64,000 nt of DNA from a bacterium (lineage in GTDB: Bacteria; Electryoneota; JAOADG01): assembly GCA_963681965.1 (NCBI GenBank), contig OY820579.1, positions 1,120,001-1,184,000 on the forward strand, written 5' to 3'. The notes beneath the pieces were generated by a model. The model was not told the DNA's origin and ran no database searches. It saw only the letters and a program-made list of their open reading frames with translations. Position 1 is the stretch's first letter; each line of letters starts with the position of its first letter. Both the position numbers and the translations under genes were made by a program. This document shows positions 20,681-31,016 of the stretch, piece by piece.

Positions 20681-21082
20681 ATGTCGCTATTATTCGAAAT
20701 CGTTACACCTCGCGGAGTAGTTTTTCAGTCCAGTGCCCGGCATGTAAAACTGCCGGGCTCTGCTGGCGAATTCGGTATTCTTGCGGGACATACTCCGTTC
20801 ATGACAACAATGCAAGCCGGAGTAATCGAACTCACCACTCCTGACGGTCAAATGGCAAAATTTGCCGTATCGGCAGGTTTTGTTGAGGTGTTACCGGAAA
20901 AAATTGAAGTACTCGCCGAGACTGCCGAGACGGCATCGAGCATCGATCTGGTGCGTGCTGAAGCCGCCAAGAAGCGAGCCGAAGATACTTTGAGGAATCC
21001 ATCAGACAAGGTTGAAGCAAACCGGGCACATCTGGCATTAATGCGTGCAAAAGCCCGAATTAAAGCTAAAGGCACAAACTAA
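20681..21082 (+). CDS. atpC: F1 ATP synthase subunit epsilon
   Basis: EIVTP...GEFGILAGHTP...GFVEV...LAETAE. Confidence 0.97.
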   Translation: MSLLFEIVTPRGVVFQSSARHVKLPGSAGEFGILAGHTPFMTTMQAGVIELTTPDGQMAKFAVSAGFVEVLPEKIEVLAETAETASSIDLVRAEAAKKRAEDTLRNPSDKVEANRAHLALMRAKARIKAKGTN

Positions 21083-21120
21083 TTTTTATTCCCGATCTAG
21101 TTTACATTTTTTTTCTTGAA

Positions 21121-21157
21121 CGGTCAAAGCGGTTCGGAAAGCTTTGATCGGTTATTT
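21121..21157 (+). terminator. Probable terminator of the atp operon
   Basis: CGGTCAAAGC...GCTTTGATCG stem followed by GTTATTT. Confidence 0.55.
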
Positions 21158-21177
21158 ATATTGTTGAATGAATGATC

Positions 21178-21206
21178 TTGACAAAGCCTCAATCAGGCTT
21201 CATATT
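21178..21206 (+). promoter_or_regulatory. Sigma70-type promoter with a palindromic spacer, upstream of the Agl-Glt-like operon
   Basis: TTGACA, 17 bp (AAGCCT-CAATC-AGGCTT), CATATT. Confidence 0.6.
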
Positions 21207-21280
21207 CTATGTAAACCTAGTTGTTTCAAGAGTCACTATTCCCGAACTGGTCAAATAAGATCGAATGTAGGGGTGCAAGA

Positions 21281-23455
21281 ATGATTCAAACGGCGAAACG
21301 CCTTGCTGGACAGGTCTGTCTGGCAGCGACCGTTTATGCGTTGACCACATTTTCCTTTGCCCAAGAAATGCCCGCCTCGTGGGTAGATCGTGTTTTTTCA
21401 CGCGCCAAAGCGATTCACGTCGCAAAAGAAATGAGTGGATTCACCGCCAATCTTCAATTGCGGGAAGCCTTCTTATCGCAGATGATTACCGGAAATAACA
21501 AAGAAATCCGGCATCGCAGTCGTTTAGGTGGGCAAGTTCCGAATATCAATTGGCCGAAATCAGACGAACTGGATTATTGGAAGCTACGAGATACGTTGGA
21601 TTTAATCGGCAGCTTTGAAGATTATCGGAAAATTGCAATTAAAGATTATAACGAGAAATTAGTAGCTGCTCGGAAGCTAAAACTCGATTTGATCAGTACC
21701 GGTTCTGCCCTTGATTTAGAGCGGATGCGCGATAACGATTGGACCGTTTTCCAAAGTTATATTTCGGGCGATAATGGGGACAATAAATACCCGTTTGACC
21801 CTACTCTTAGCTTGATGCTTTCCGATGAATATGCCCGAAACTATCCCCAAGCACTTGCTGATAGCTTCTGGTTCTATCGCGGTGAGGCGGCACTTTCTGG
21901 CGGTTATTACGACGATGCGATCATTGCATATGGTCGGATTGTCAATCAGGAAGGGTCGAGTTTCCGGAAGTTCTCCTTTACTCGATTAGCATTTCTTTAC
22001 TCCGAAATCGGTGATCAAGAACGGTCCGAAGAGAACTGGAAGGCGTGGATAGCTGCAGGAAAACCAAATGCTTCCGAGGGGAGAATTCAGTTCTTCACCG
22101 GGCGCCTAAGATATGAAAGCGGCGATTATTCCGGCGCATTAGAAGCATTGCGGGAGATCAATTCCAATAGCATTTATGCGCTCGAGACTGATTTACTTCT
22201 TGGTATGTGTTATGGTATGGTCGGGCAATACGATGCGGCATTGAAATCGTTACAGCCGATTGTCAGCAACAAATTGTTGAACGAAGTGACAATTACGGCT
22301 GAAATGAAGATCTTTGCGCAGATCAAATTCGCCCAAATTCAGAATTTAGCCGGACATCCGGACGACGCTTTAAAAACGCTGACACCGCTTAATTCTCAGG
22401 ACATGTTTGGGGATCAGGTACTCATTTCCCGGGCATGGATTTTCCGTTCGATACCGAAGTATTCCGAGACGATTTCGACATTGGACACATTAATTACCCG
22501 CGCAGGTTGGAGCCCATACGTACCTCTAGCATCGGCTTGGAAAGCAGAAATCGCCGAATTGGAAAAAGGTACTTTAGCGGCTCTTCCAGCGTACGAAAAA
22601 CTATTGTCGATGGTCGATCAAAATCAACAATTGTTGGCGTATTCTGAGGAGCGATATAAGCTTTACGAATTGGACAACAAGCTCTCATTACTCGAAGGAG
22701 ATATTCTCCGAGCCAACGATATCGGTTTGTTTGCTAAATTCCTCGATCAGCGCAATCGCAATCGACTACTGATTCAAAAAAATCGACATGGCGCCGCGTT
22801 AGTTGCCAATCCTGCATTAGCTGCACTATACGAAGAAGAGATTGCCGTTTCGAAGATGAAACGGGATTTGGCGGGTGCACGCAAAGAAATCGATTTTGAA
22901 CATCAGGGATCGGTAGCGAAAAAGTACTTTAAAGTCGAAGCGAAAACTCACGATCTTTCCACCAATCTGGAAGAGATGATGAGTCGCGCAAGCCAATTTA
23001 CACCAGCATTACAACGTCAAGCCGACGTCGCAGCCTTTAACAAACAAGTTCGGATTTTGGCGCAACGTTCGCGCGAATTGATCGATCAATATCGACCCGA
23101 TCAAACCTTCAATGTTCCCGACCGAGCCGTGTTAACCAACATGCATTTCGACGAATTCAATGCAAAAATGCTAACGTCCAAATTGGACGAAGTAGAAACC
23201 GATATCAATCGTGCCGCTGGATTCGCGTTAGCGCGATATGCTTTGGGCGGCTTCGATTTCGATGTCTTGCAACGCGAACGTGAACGAAGCGATGAATTGA
23301 CGAATTATATCAAGAAATTGGAAAATGCGCTGGCGGAAAAGAAAGAAGCGGACGAAGAAGCGAAATTAGCCGAACCGACCGAAGAACCGAAACCAAGCGA
23401 AGTTTCGGAACCAGTTTCACCGTCCAATCCGACAACACAACCGGAAAAGAAGTAA
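21281..23455 (+). CDS. Exported TPR and coiled-coil protein (GltC-like by context)
   Basis: Signal peptide ending FSFA|QE; TPR-like helices; first gene of the cluster. Confidence 0.7.
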   Translation: MIQTAKRLAGQVCLAATVYALTTFSFAQEMPASWVDRVFSRAKAIHVAKEMSGFTANLQLREAFLSQMITGNNKEIRHRSRLGGQVPNINWPKSDELDYWKLRDTLDLIGSFEDYRKIAIKDYNEKLVAARKLKLDLISTGSALDLERMRDNDWTVFQSYISGDNGDNKYPFDPTLSLMLSDEYARNYPQALADSFWFYRGEAALSGGYYDDAIIAYGRIVNQEGSSFRKFSFTRLAFLYSEIGDQERSEENWKAWIAAGKPNASEGRIQFFTGRLRYESGDYSGALEALREINSNSIYALETDLLLGMCYGMVGQYDAALKSLQPIVSNKLLNEVTITAEMKIFAQIKFAQIQNLAGHPDDALKTLTPLNSQDMFGDQVLISRAWIFRSIPKYSETISTLDTLITRAGWSPYVPLASAWKAEIAELEKGTLAALPAYEKLLSMVDQNQQLLAYSEERYKLYELDNKLSLLEGDILRANDIGLFAKFLDQRNRNRLLIQKNRHGAALVANPALAALYEEEIAVSKMKRDLAGARKEIDFEHQGSVAKKYFKVEAKTHDLSTNLEEMMSRASQFTPALQRQADVAAFNKQVRILAQRSRELIDQYRPDQTFNVPDRAVLTNMHFDEFNAKMLTSKLDEVETDINRAAGFALARYALGGFDFDVLQRERERSDELTNYIKKLENALAEKKEADEEAKLAEPTEEPKPSEVSEPVSPSNPTTQPEKK

Positions 23456-23488
23456 CCTGTTCGTTCGGACAGATAGGAGCCGTAGCTT

Positions 23489-26400
23489 ATGCTTCGCCAA
23501 CAGCCGAATCGTTTGTCGATAGCAATAATCACCGGAATACTCTTGTTATGTATCGGGAGCGTGTATTCAGCTACTCCTGCAGCACCTGCTGCTGGTACTG
23601 AAACAGCTCGCGATACTGCTTATGTCAAACAATGGCAACAAGAGCGTTTAGTGATCGAACGACAAATTAGCGAGCTTTCGCGAGTCGCTTCTTCCCAATT
23701 GTCGGATCCAAACTCCCCGGCATCCAGAAGAGTAACCGATCTTCGCGATCGCCTCAGTGCGATCGATCTGAAAATTAAGGTTCTTGAGTGGAATGCGTTA
23801 CCAATCGATTCATTATTGGCAATGGAAACCAATTTCCGCAAGGAAAAAGAAGCAGTTAACGAGCAATATCGTGCTACCTGGAAAGCCTACATCGGAAAAG
23901 CGGAACAGTTTCTGATTAATTGGAATAAAGACCCGAGCTTTCAGGCTTTGCGCGGTAAAAAAGAAGCGAACGCCGATCTATTGGCTCAAGTTACTTTGCG
24001 GTTAGCGGAGCTTTATGCAATTCAGGCTGTTGATACGTTTGGTTTGTTACAGGAAAAATGGTTAGCATCCGGTGCTCCCGCGAGTATGGAACCAAAGCTT
24101 GATTTTGGCAAAGCGGAGCAGATGTACCGAACCGTGTTAACGGAATATCCCAATTCTCAATGGGCTTCTGATGCTTTATATAGCTTAGCATACATCCGGG
24201 GTGAAGAAGGCGAACAACTCGAACAACCGGCACTTGCCAGTCAAAAACGAGAAGAATCAAAATCGAAGTATCAGACCTTATTGAATGACTATGCCGACAG
24301 TAAATACCGGGAAGACGCGATGTTTGCACTCGGTAAATACTGGTTGGTAACGCCGCCGAAAGGTATTCCAATTAAACAGCAGTTGGACTCGGCACAGCAT
24401 TACTTTAGTCAAATTTTATTGACCCCTGAATCGAAACGAAGCAAAGACGCACTCTACATGTTGGGGTGGACTGCTTTTCGCCGACCCGATTATCCGACAG
24501 CGCTGGATTATTTCGTCCGCACAATCAATTTTGATTATGAACGCGTAGCGACAGAAGATACAATTGGAAGCGCACGGTTCAATCAAGACGCTATTGCCTA
24601 CATGGCTGAAATCTTCTCGGAACCAGTCAGAACCTGGGATGGCGCTGGCGTTGCCAAGGCAATCGAGTTTGTTGGCAGTGATACGATTAAGCTAGAGCGC
24701 TTCGGCATCAAAATGCTCGAATTGATTGGCGATCGCAATCAAAAAGTATTGAATGAGTACGACTCCGCAATTTACGTCTGGAAGGGTGCGATTACATTAG
24801 CACCGATGCATGCCCGGGCACCGTTTATTCAGCAGAAGATTGTTGAGTCTGCGTTGAACGATAAACATGACATGAATCTCTGGTTTGCCGAGGGCAAAAC
24901 CCAATTCACCAACTATCGGATTGAAAGCGACTGGTGGAAATCAAACCGGAAATTGTCGCTGCGTAAAGAAGTGAAACCGATTGTCCGTGATACCTACAAT
25001 CGCGTCGTTGCTTATGCCGTCGATCGATCGATCAACAAAGACCGACCTGATTTCAATCCCAAGATGGCGGAAGAAGCCGCGCTCGTGAGTGCGGAATATG
25101 TTAAAGCGTTCCCGTCGGATAGTATGGCGTACGAATGGAATTTCCAATTGGCGAACCTGTTAGCCAACACGCCTAATAAATCCGAAGCAGCCTACGCCGA
25201 GTACAAGAACGTAGTTGGTAATAAGCTGTATACGAAATACAAACAACCGGCAGCGCAACAAATGCTCGCAGTTGCTGACGAAATGGCTACGAACGATGAG
25301 AAAACTCGTCCCTTCACTCCGTTCGGCAGCGATACAACAACTGGTTTACCAGTAGCAACAGTTGACTCCCTTACTCCCGGTGAAATGTTACTAGCCAATG
25401 CCGCAAACGAATATGCGACGATGTTTTCCGATGATAAATCGATTTCTCCTGCTTATTTATACAAGGCTGGAAGAATCAATTATCAGCGTGGTCAAATTGC
25501 AGCAGCAAACAGCTTCTTCGATCAGATAATTACGAAGTATCCGCAGACCAAGGTGACTGAACGTGCATATCAACTATATGTAGAAGGATATCTTGTTCAG
25601 CGGGATTTCGCCAATGCGGAGCGCTTGACCAAGGAAATTCAAACATCCTCGGTCAGCGATACTTTGAAGCGATTTGCTCAGGAACGTCGTGCCGCAGCAA
25701 TCTTCTCGTCGGCTACGATTGCATCGAACACTGCCGATGTCGCAGTGGCAGATACTGCCGCGACCGAGCAGAGCAAAACCGACCGGAAAGCGCAATTTGA
25801 AAAGGCTGGCGACGATTACGTTCGGGTCGTTACTGAAATTCCCGACTTTAAAGATGCCGATATGGCGTTGGAGAACGCTGCAGTCTCTTACCGAAAAGCC
25901 GAAAAGCCGGAAAAGGAAATCGATGCTTACATGATGTTGGCGCAGCGCTTCCCGTCTTCGAAACGTACGCCACGAGCACTGTTTAATGCCGGTTTGATTT
26001 ATCAAAATGAACTTAAGAAACCGCTTGATGCCGCCAAGACCTTCGACCGGTTGGTTACATCCTATCCCGAAGGTGAACACGATGTAAAGCAAGCGATGAT
26101 TAATGCATCTTACAACTTCGAAGCGGCTCAGGATTATGCCGACGCAGTTCGAATTAATCAGCGATTTGCCGACAAATATACTGGCGATGAAGTCGCGACA
26201 GCACTGCTGTTTAAATCTGCTGCCTTGTATTTGAAGATGGGTGATGTCGCTGCCGCAAACCGTATTTACGATGATTTCTCGCGCAAGTATCCGGATCATC
26301 CGAATGCGATTTTGGCGAATTACGAACGTGGTAAATATGCGCAGGAACATGGCGATCTAGCTCAAGCGAAAAACGAGTATTCTGCCGCAGTCAATCGCCA

Positions 26401-29221
26401 CAGCACGTTGGTGAAGGCTGGTAAGCCGGGTAATCCCGAATATGCATCGAAATCGTTAGCACAATTGGTTACTTGGGATTTGGATAAATACAAAGCAATT
26501 CAGTATAGCTGGCTGGATAAATCTGCTGAAGGCGCGACTGAGCGCAAGGAAAAAGCGAAGCAACACGATGCAATTTACGAGCAGATTAAAACCTTGGTTG
26601 AATTTGGACAACCGGAACAGTTTGCTGCGCTTTACTGGGCGGGTGAGGTTGAAGAGAACTTAGGTACAACCTATCTCAACCAAAAAATGCCAAAGATAAC
26701 GAAGCCGGAAGACGAATTCTTCAAGCGTCGCGACGTTATTTATAGTACGATTCAGATTTATGTCAAGGCAGTAAACGAGTACGCATCGTCGTTGAAGCGC
26801 TTCGAACAAACGATCAAAGCATTGGAAGAGTTCCAAGCTAGCCGTGCTTCGGCTCGTGATGCATTGCAATCGTGGATCGATGCGAATACCATTTCAGCAC
26901 CAGCGGGACTTTCCGATTCTACTACTGTGCTGGATGGAATAAAGAAAGGTATCGGCAGACTTGATGCCGCATTGACTGAAGCCAGACGGTGGCAAAGTGC
27001 TACCCGCGAAAAAGCACCGGAATTAGCCAATCGCGCAGCCAGTCTAAAAGCTGAAATCTTCCGAATGGCATTGGCACTACCTGATGCCGCAGTGCCGCGC
27101 CTCGATCCGTTGGTCGGTCGCGCTTTGTACCGACAGCAAGTGTTGCGCGATGTCGTTGGTCCGTCGACAAAGGATTTATTTGACGATTATCTAGCGGCAA
27201 TTCAAGTTGCACGCGACGCCGGATTTGAAGAAAAATGGGCAGTTCCGGCACGCGAAAGCATGAGAAATGCACTGGATACGATGATGCAAGCTGCCAGTGA
27301 ATTGAACAACCGCTGGTTCACCGTATTCGAGAAAGATCACAACGCGTTACAGGAATTGTTACCAAAGGGTCCGAATGGACGCGATAGATTGAATCGCGAC
27401 GTGTTGTATTACACTGCCGAAATGATGCAGGTCATCGAATTTTACGGTGGTGAAAAAGGCGTTTCCAGCTTAATGAATATTCTGATGGATAGTCTTTTCG
27501 TGAAGATCGCCAAAGATGCGCCGGGTATACCAACTCTCCAACCAGCGATCGACCAAGTGGTCACATGGTATTTGAGAGAGTCCGATCGCGCAGAACAATT
27601 CTTCAATGTGGCGAAAACTGCTGAAGCAACGGCACGAGAGAAAGCGAAGGAAACGAACGAGCAGCAGTATACCGACGCTTTTACCGGTTACGAAACTGTT
27701 AAGTTGACCTTCCAACAACAAAATCGCGATCTGTTGACTTCCATCTACGACTTGGCAGAGCGGAACGGATTGAAATCTGCACAGATGCAGCCAGTATTGC
27801 AGAAGCTTGCAGTGATCGATCCGGAAACTTACGGACCGAAGATTGGTTTGCAGTTGACTGAAAATTGGATCGGTTCAGATGATAGCTGGATTGGAATTGA
27901 CCATCCGGTAGATAATTTCCAAGAACCGAATCTTGACGTTTCAAATTGGAAATATGTCGATGCAGTAAGCCAGATTGATGCTCCGCTAGATAGTTTTACT
28001 GTAGCGAAAGCTATTCCTGTTTCCACATTCCGACCGGGTGAACCATCAAAAGCCGGAAAGCATTGGTATCGTAAATCTGTTTGGATTCCCGAACGAGTTA
28101 CAATGGCTGAAGTCCGCGTGATCGCTGCCGGTAAAGTATCGATCTATGTGAATAAGGACTTCATCAGCGAAACACCTGAGGGCGCGGATTGGAAAGCACC
28201 GATTATTCAAGATGTATCTGCTCAAGTCAAACCCGGATACAACGTTATTGCGTTCGAAGTTGCCGACAGTCTGAATACAGGTGGATTTCTGGTCGCAGCG
28301 ATGAAATATCGAACTGTGCCCGGTTCGGTGACTCCGGTATTGCCGGAACCGCCGAATGCGATTACAATCCAAAAGGTAGGTAAGAATATTGAGGTGACTG
28401 CGCCGGCTCAGACACCACCGGTTCAAGAAACTCCAGCACCTGCTCCGGCAGAAACGCCTGCAGCAACGCCACCGGCTCAAGAGACTCCGGCACCGGCACC
28501 GGTTGAAACTCCGGCAGCAACGCCACCGGCTCAAGAGACCCCGGCACCGGTCGAAACTCCGGCAGCAACGCCACCAGCTCAAGAGACTCCGGCACCGGCA
28601 CCGGTCGAAACTCCGGCAGCAACGCCACCGGCTCAAGAGACTCCGGCACCGGCACCGGTCGAAACTCCGGCAGCAACGCCACCAGCTCAAGAGACTCCGG
28701 CACCGGCACCGGTCGAAACTCCGGCAGCAACGCCACCGGCTCAAGAGACCCCGGCACCTGCACCGGTTGAAACTCCGGCAGCAACGCCACCGGCTCAAGA
28801 GACTCCGGCACCGGCACCGTTTGAAACTCCGGCAGTAACGCCGCCGGCTCAAGAGACACCGGCACCTGCACCGGTCGAAATTCCGGCAGCAACGCCACCG
28901 GCTCAAGAGACCCCGGCACCTGCACCGGTCGAAACTCCGGCAGTGACGCCACCGGCTCAAGAGACTCCGGCACCTGCTCCGGTTGAAACTCCGGCAGCAA
29001 CGCCACCGGCTCAAGAGACTCCGGCACCTGCTCCGGTTGAAACTCCGGCAGCAACGCCACCGGCTCAAGAGACTCCGGCACCTGCTCCGGTTGAAACTCC
29101 GGCACCAGTTCCGACTGAACCATCTGTTCCAGTAGTAACACCGGAACAAACGCCACCTGCGACTGTTCCGGTAGTACCGGATACGACTAATCAGGCTGTT
29201 CCGGATACGACTAAGAAGTAA
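23489..29221 (+). CDS. Giant exported TPR protein (GltD/AgmU-like) with jelly-roll domain and Pro/Ala/Thr repeat tail
   Basis: Signal peptide; many YPxS...ALY/ALF TPR repeats; WYRKSV...IYVN...GYNVIAFEV jelly-roll; PAQETPAPAPVETPAATP repeats. Confidence 0.75.
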   Translation: MLRQQPNRLSIAIITGILLLCIGSVYSATPAAPAAGTETARDTAYVKQWQQERLVIERQISELSRVASSQLSDPNSPASRRVTDLRDRLSAIDLKIKVLEWNALPIDSLLAMETNFRKEKEAVNEQYRATWKAYIGKAEQFLINWNKDPSFQALRGKKEANADLLAQVTLRLAELYAIQAVDTFGLLQEKWLASGAPASMEPKLDFGKAEQMYRTVLTEYPNSQWASDALYSLAYIRGEEGEQLEQPALASQKREESKSKYQTLLNDYADSKYREDAMFALGKYWLVTPPKGIPIKQQLDSAQHYFSQILLTPESKRSKDALYMLGWTAFRRPDYPTALDYFVRTINFDYERVATEDTIGSARFNQDAIAYMAEIFSEPVRTWDGAGVAKAIEFVGSDTIKLERFGIKMLELIGDRNQKVLNEYDSAIYVWKGAITLAPMHARAPFIQQKIVESALNDKHDMNLWFAEGKTQFTNYRIESDWWKSNRKLSLRKEVKPIVRDTYNRVVAYAVDRSINKDRPDFNPKMAEEAALVSAEYVKAFPSDSMAYEWNFQLANLLANTPNKSEAAYAEYKNVVGNKLYTKYKQPAAQQMLAVADEMATNDEKTRPFTPFGSDTTTGLPVATVDSLTPGEMLLANAANEYATMFSDDKSISPAYLYKAGRINYQRGQIAAANSFFDQIITKYPQTKVTERAYQLYVEGYLVQRDFANAERLTKEIQTSSVSDTLKRFAQERRAAAIFSSATIASNTADVAVADTAATEQSKTDRKAQFEKAGDDYVRVVTEIPDFKDADMALENAAVSYRKAEKPEKEIDAYMMLAQRFPSSKRTPRALFNAGLIYQNELKKPLDAAKTFDRLVTSYPEGEHDVKQAMINASYNFEAAQDYADAVRINQRFADKYTGDEVATALLFKSAALYLKMGDVAAANRIYDDFSRKYPDHPNAILANYERGKYAQEHGDLAQAKNEYSAAVNRHSTLVKAGKPGNPEYASKSLAQLVTWDLDKYKAIQYSWLDKSAEGATERKEKAKQHDAIYEQIKTLVEFGQPEQFAALYWAGEVEENLGTTYLNQKMPKITKPEDEFFKRRDVIYSTIQIYVKAVNEYASSLKRFEQTIKALEEFQASRASARDALQSWIDANTISAPAGLSDSTTVLDGIKKGIGRLDAALTEARRWQSATREKAPELANRAASLKAEIFRMALALPDAAVPRLDPLVGRALYRQQVLRDVVGPSTKDLFDDYLAAIQVARDAGFEEKWAVPARESMRNALDTMMQAASELNNRWFTVFEKDHNALQELLPKGPNGRDRLNRDVLYYTAEMMQVIEFYGGEKGVSSLMNILMDSLFVKIAKDAPGIPTLQPAIDQVVTWYLRESDRAEQFFNVAKTAEATAREKAKETNEQQYTDAFTGYETVKLTFQQQNRDLLTSIYDLAERNGLKSAQMQPVLQKLAVIDPETYGPKIGLQLTENWIGSDDSWIGIDHPVDNFQEPNLDVSNWKYVDAVSQIDAPLDSFTVAKAIPVSTFRPGEPSKAGKHWYRKSVWIPERVTMAEVRVIAAGKVSIYVNKDFISETPEGADWKAPIIQDVSAQVKPGYNVIAFEVADSLNTGGFLVAAMKYRTVPGSVTPVLPEPPNAITIQKVGKNIEVTAPAQTPPVQETPAPAPAETPAATPPAQETPAPAPVETPAATPPAQETPAPVETPAATPPAQETPAPAPVETPAATPPAQETPAPAPVETPAATPPAQETPAPAPVETPAATPPAQETPAPAPVETPAATPPAQETPAPAPFETPAVTPPAQETPAPAPVEIPAATPPAQETPAPAPVETPAVTPPAQETPAPAPVETPAATPPAQETPAPAPVETPAATPPAQETPAPAPVETPAPVPTEPSVPVVTPEQTPPATVPVVPDTTNQAVPDTTKK
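28415..29105 (+). repeat. Intragenic 54-bp tandem repeat (about 13 units, one of 48 bp)
   Basis: Unit CCACCGGCTCAAGAGACTCCGGCACCGGCACCGGTCGAAACTCCGGCAGCAACG with minor variants. Confidence 0.95.
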
Positions 29222-29262
29222 TCGTTTTACTGATTGACCTCATTCCAGAGGGGAGTTTATAT

Positions 29263-29559
29263 ATGAAAAAGTGGATTGGACTCTTAGCAATAGCAGTAGC
29301 GTTGCCAATGAGTGCGAAAGCACAACAGGCTGCGCCGCAAGTTATTACGCTACAACAGGAAACGATCAAAGGGGATGTGGTCATCCCCACGGGACGCACG
29401 AAACAGCGTCAAACACCGCAATTTCCTGTTTCTTCAATCGAATTGAAACCGAAGGAACTTCTAGCTCGGGTCCCACGGTCTTTAATCACGGTAGAGAAAA
29501 TTGAGCGAGTTCCGGTCAACAGTCTTGATGTCAACCTTCGAAAAAAGGTTGCGAAATAA
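29263..29559 (+). CDS. Small exported protein (GltF/CglF-like)
   Basis: Signal peptide ending AKA|QQ; VITLQQETIKGDVVIP resembles the GltF hydrophobic-IxG-xxx-P motif as recalled; GGAG RBS. Confidence 0.55.
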   Translation: MKKWIGLLAIAVALPMSAKAQQAAPQVITLQQETIKGDVVIPTGRTKQRQTPQFPVSSIELKPKELLARVPRSLITVEKIERVPVNSLDVNLRKKVAK

Positions 29560-29659
29560 CCACCAAAGCTCTATATTCGCAAAAGCTTTGGGTATCCTTG
29601 ACGAGTTTTTTTTTACAAAAATCATTATGCAAGATCTAACTTAATCGACGGAGGAAAGA

Positions 29660-30310
29660 ATGAAGGTATTCTTGCAGTCGTATTTTGCTGCATACAGTTT
29701 AGACAATGAAGCAGCTTTCTTTATGTGGTTCCTTGCCCTAGTTGGAACGTGGGGTTGGATCATTGTGGTCGAACGCTTTTACACGATCTGGATGAAGGCA
29801 AATGTTAACCCAGCTGCTTTTATGGCAGAAATCCGCAAACTGGTGATGGCTGGCGACATCAAGAAAGCATTGGCACTTTGCCGTTCCGGTAAAGACCGTG
29901 CATTGCCCTATGTCATTGGAGCAATTCTCGAACAAGCTGATTCGAAAGGTGCTTACGATTTCCGTGCACTTCAGAACGCAGCCGACGAAGCAATTTTGGA
30001 AATTAATCCGAAATTGAACGCACGAACTAATTTCCTTGCGATGATTTCCGGTGTTTCGACACTTGCCGGTTTGATCGGAACGATTTACGGTTTGATCCTT
30101 CAGTTTAAATCGATGGGTCATACTGGTGGCGGTTCTGGCGGATTCGCAGTCGGTATTTCGGTCGCAATGATCGCAACGTTCGCCGGTCTGGTCAACGCTA
30201 TTCCAATGCTGATGTTGGAATCCGTGATCAAGAACAAGACGAACTCGATTATCGATGCTATCGATGAGCATTCCGTTAAGCTGATGAATTTACTCACCAG
30301 CGCCAAGTAG
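29660..30310 (+). CDS. MotA/TolQ/ExbB proton channel (AglR-like)
   Basis: STLAGLIGTIYGLI and GISVAMIATFAGL motifs. Confidence 0.92.
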   Translation: MKVFLQSYFAAYSLDNEAAFFMWFLALVGTWGWIIVVERFYTIWMKANVNPAAFMAEIRKLVMAGDIKKALALCRSGKDRALPYVIGAILEQADSKGAYDFRALQNAADEAILEINPKLNARTNFLAMISGVSTLAGLIGTIYGLILQFKSMGHTGGGSGGFAVGISVAMIATFAGLVNAIPMLMLESVIKNKTNSIIDAIDEHSVKLMNLLTSAK

Positions 30311-30343
30311 TTCGGTTTCGTTCATCCACACGAGGAGTGAGAG

Positions 30344-30997
30344 ATGGCGTTTAAACCGTCAAGTCGAGCGAGAGGAAGCGCACACGGCAAGGGCGATTAC
30401 GAGGATCCCGATCTCGTACCCATGATGAATATCATGTTGCTTTTGTTGCCGGTGATTCTATCCTTTATCTCGATCATCAAGTTTACCGAGATCTCGTACA
30501 ACCCGAGTCCAGAGATTATCGTTCAGGGTGATCCTAACGACCGATCAAAAGGTGGCGGTGAGGGAATCAAGGTTTCCAATAAACCACAGTTACAACTGTT
30601 GGTTAATATCACTGAGGGTGGTTTCCAAGTCTCAATACAGGGTGGATTACCCGGTGATAACGAGCATTATTGGAATGTCCCGGCAATTGTCAATTCCAAA
30701 GGTAAAATCGAATACGATTACGAGGGATTGAACAATCGATTGCACCTGATACGTCGCGATATTATCGGAAAGGTCGAAAAGCAGGAGATTACTCCCGACC
30801 CGGTCACTGGAAAATCGAAATACAAAGTCGAATTCCGGTTTGCCGATGCTCACCAGATCCGGCTATCTGCTCAATCGCAGATTCCTTGGAAGGTGATCAC
30901 GAGAATTCTGGACGTGATACGCGTGTATAAGTACGAGACTTTCAGCGACGGGGCTCCGATGCCTCTGTTCCAAGAGCCAATATTCGGTCAAATTTAG
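30344..30997 (+). CDS. ExbD/TolR family protein (AglQ-like; TM Asp replaced by Asn)
   Basis: DLVPMMNIMLLLLP TM; C-terminal IRLSA...IPWKVITRILDVIR...LF. Confidence 0.8.
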   Translation: MAFKPSSRARGSAHGKGDYEDPDLVPMMNIMLLLLPVILSFISIIKFTEISYNPSPEIIVQGDPNDRSKGGGEGIKVSNKPQLQLLVNITEGGFQVSIQGGLPGDNEHYWNVPAIVNSKGKIEYDYEGLNNRLHLIRRDIIGKVEKQEITPDPVTGKSKYKVEFRFADAHQIRLSAQSQIPWKVITRILDVIRVYKYETFSDGAPMPLFQEPIFGQI

Positions 30998-31016
30998 CGT
31001 TCCGAGGGAGAATAGC

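Noticed and set aside
28415-29105. Possible CRISPR array
   Set aside because: Contiguous in-frame units without unique spacers; no cas genes in the window.
28046-29156. Minus-strand ORFs with RCRSLLSRWRCC or EPVALLPEF repeats, and a plus-strand RQQRH repeat ORF
   Set aside because: Shadow frames of the 54-bp repeat inside the giant TPR gene.
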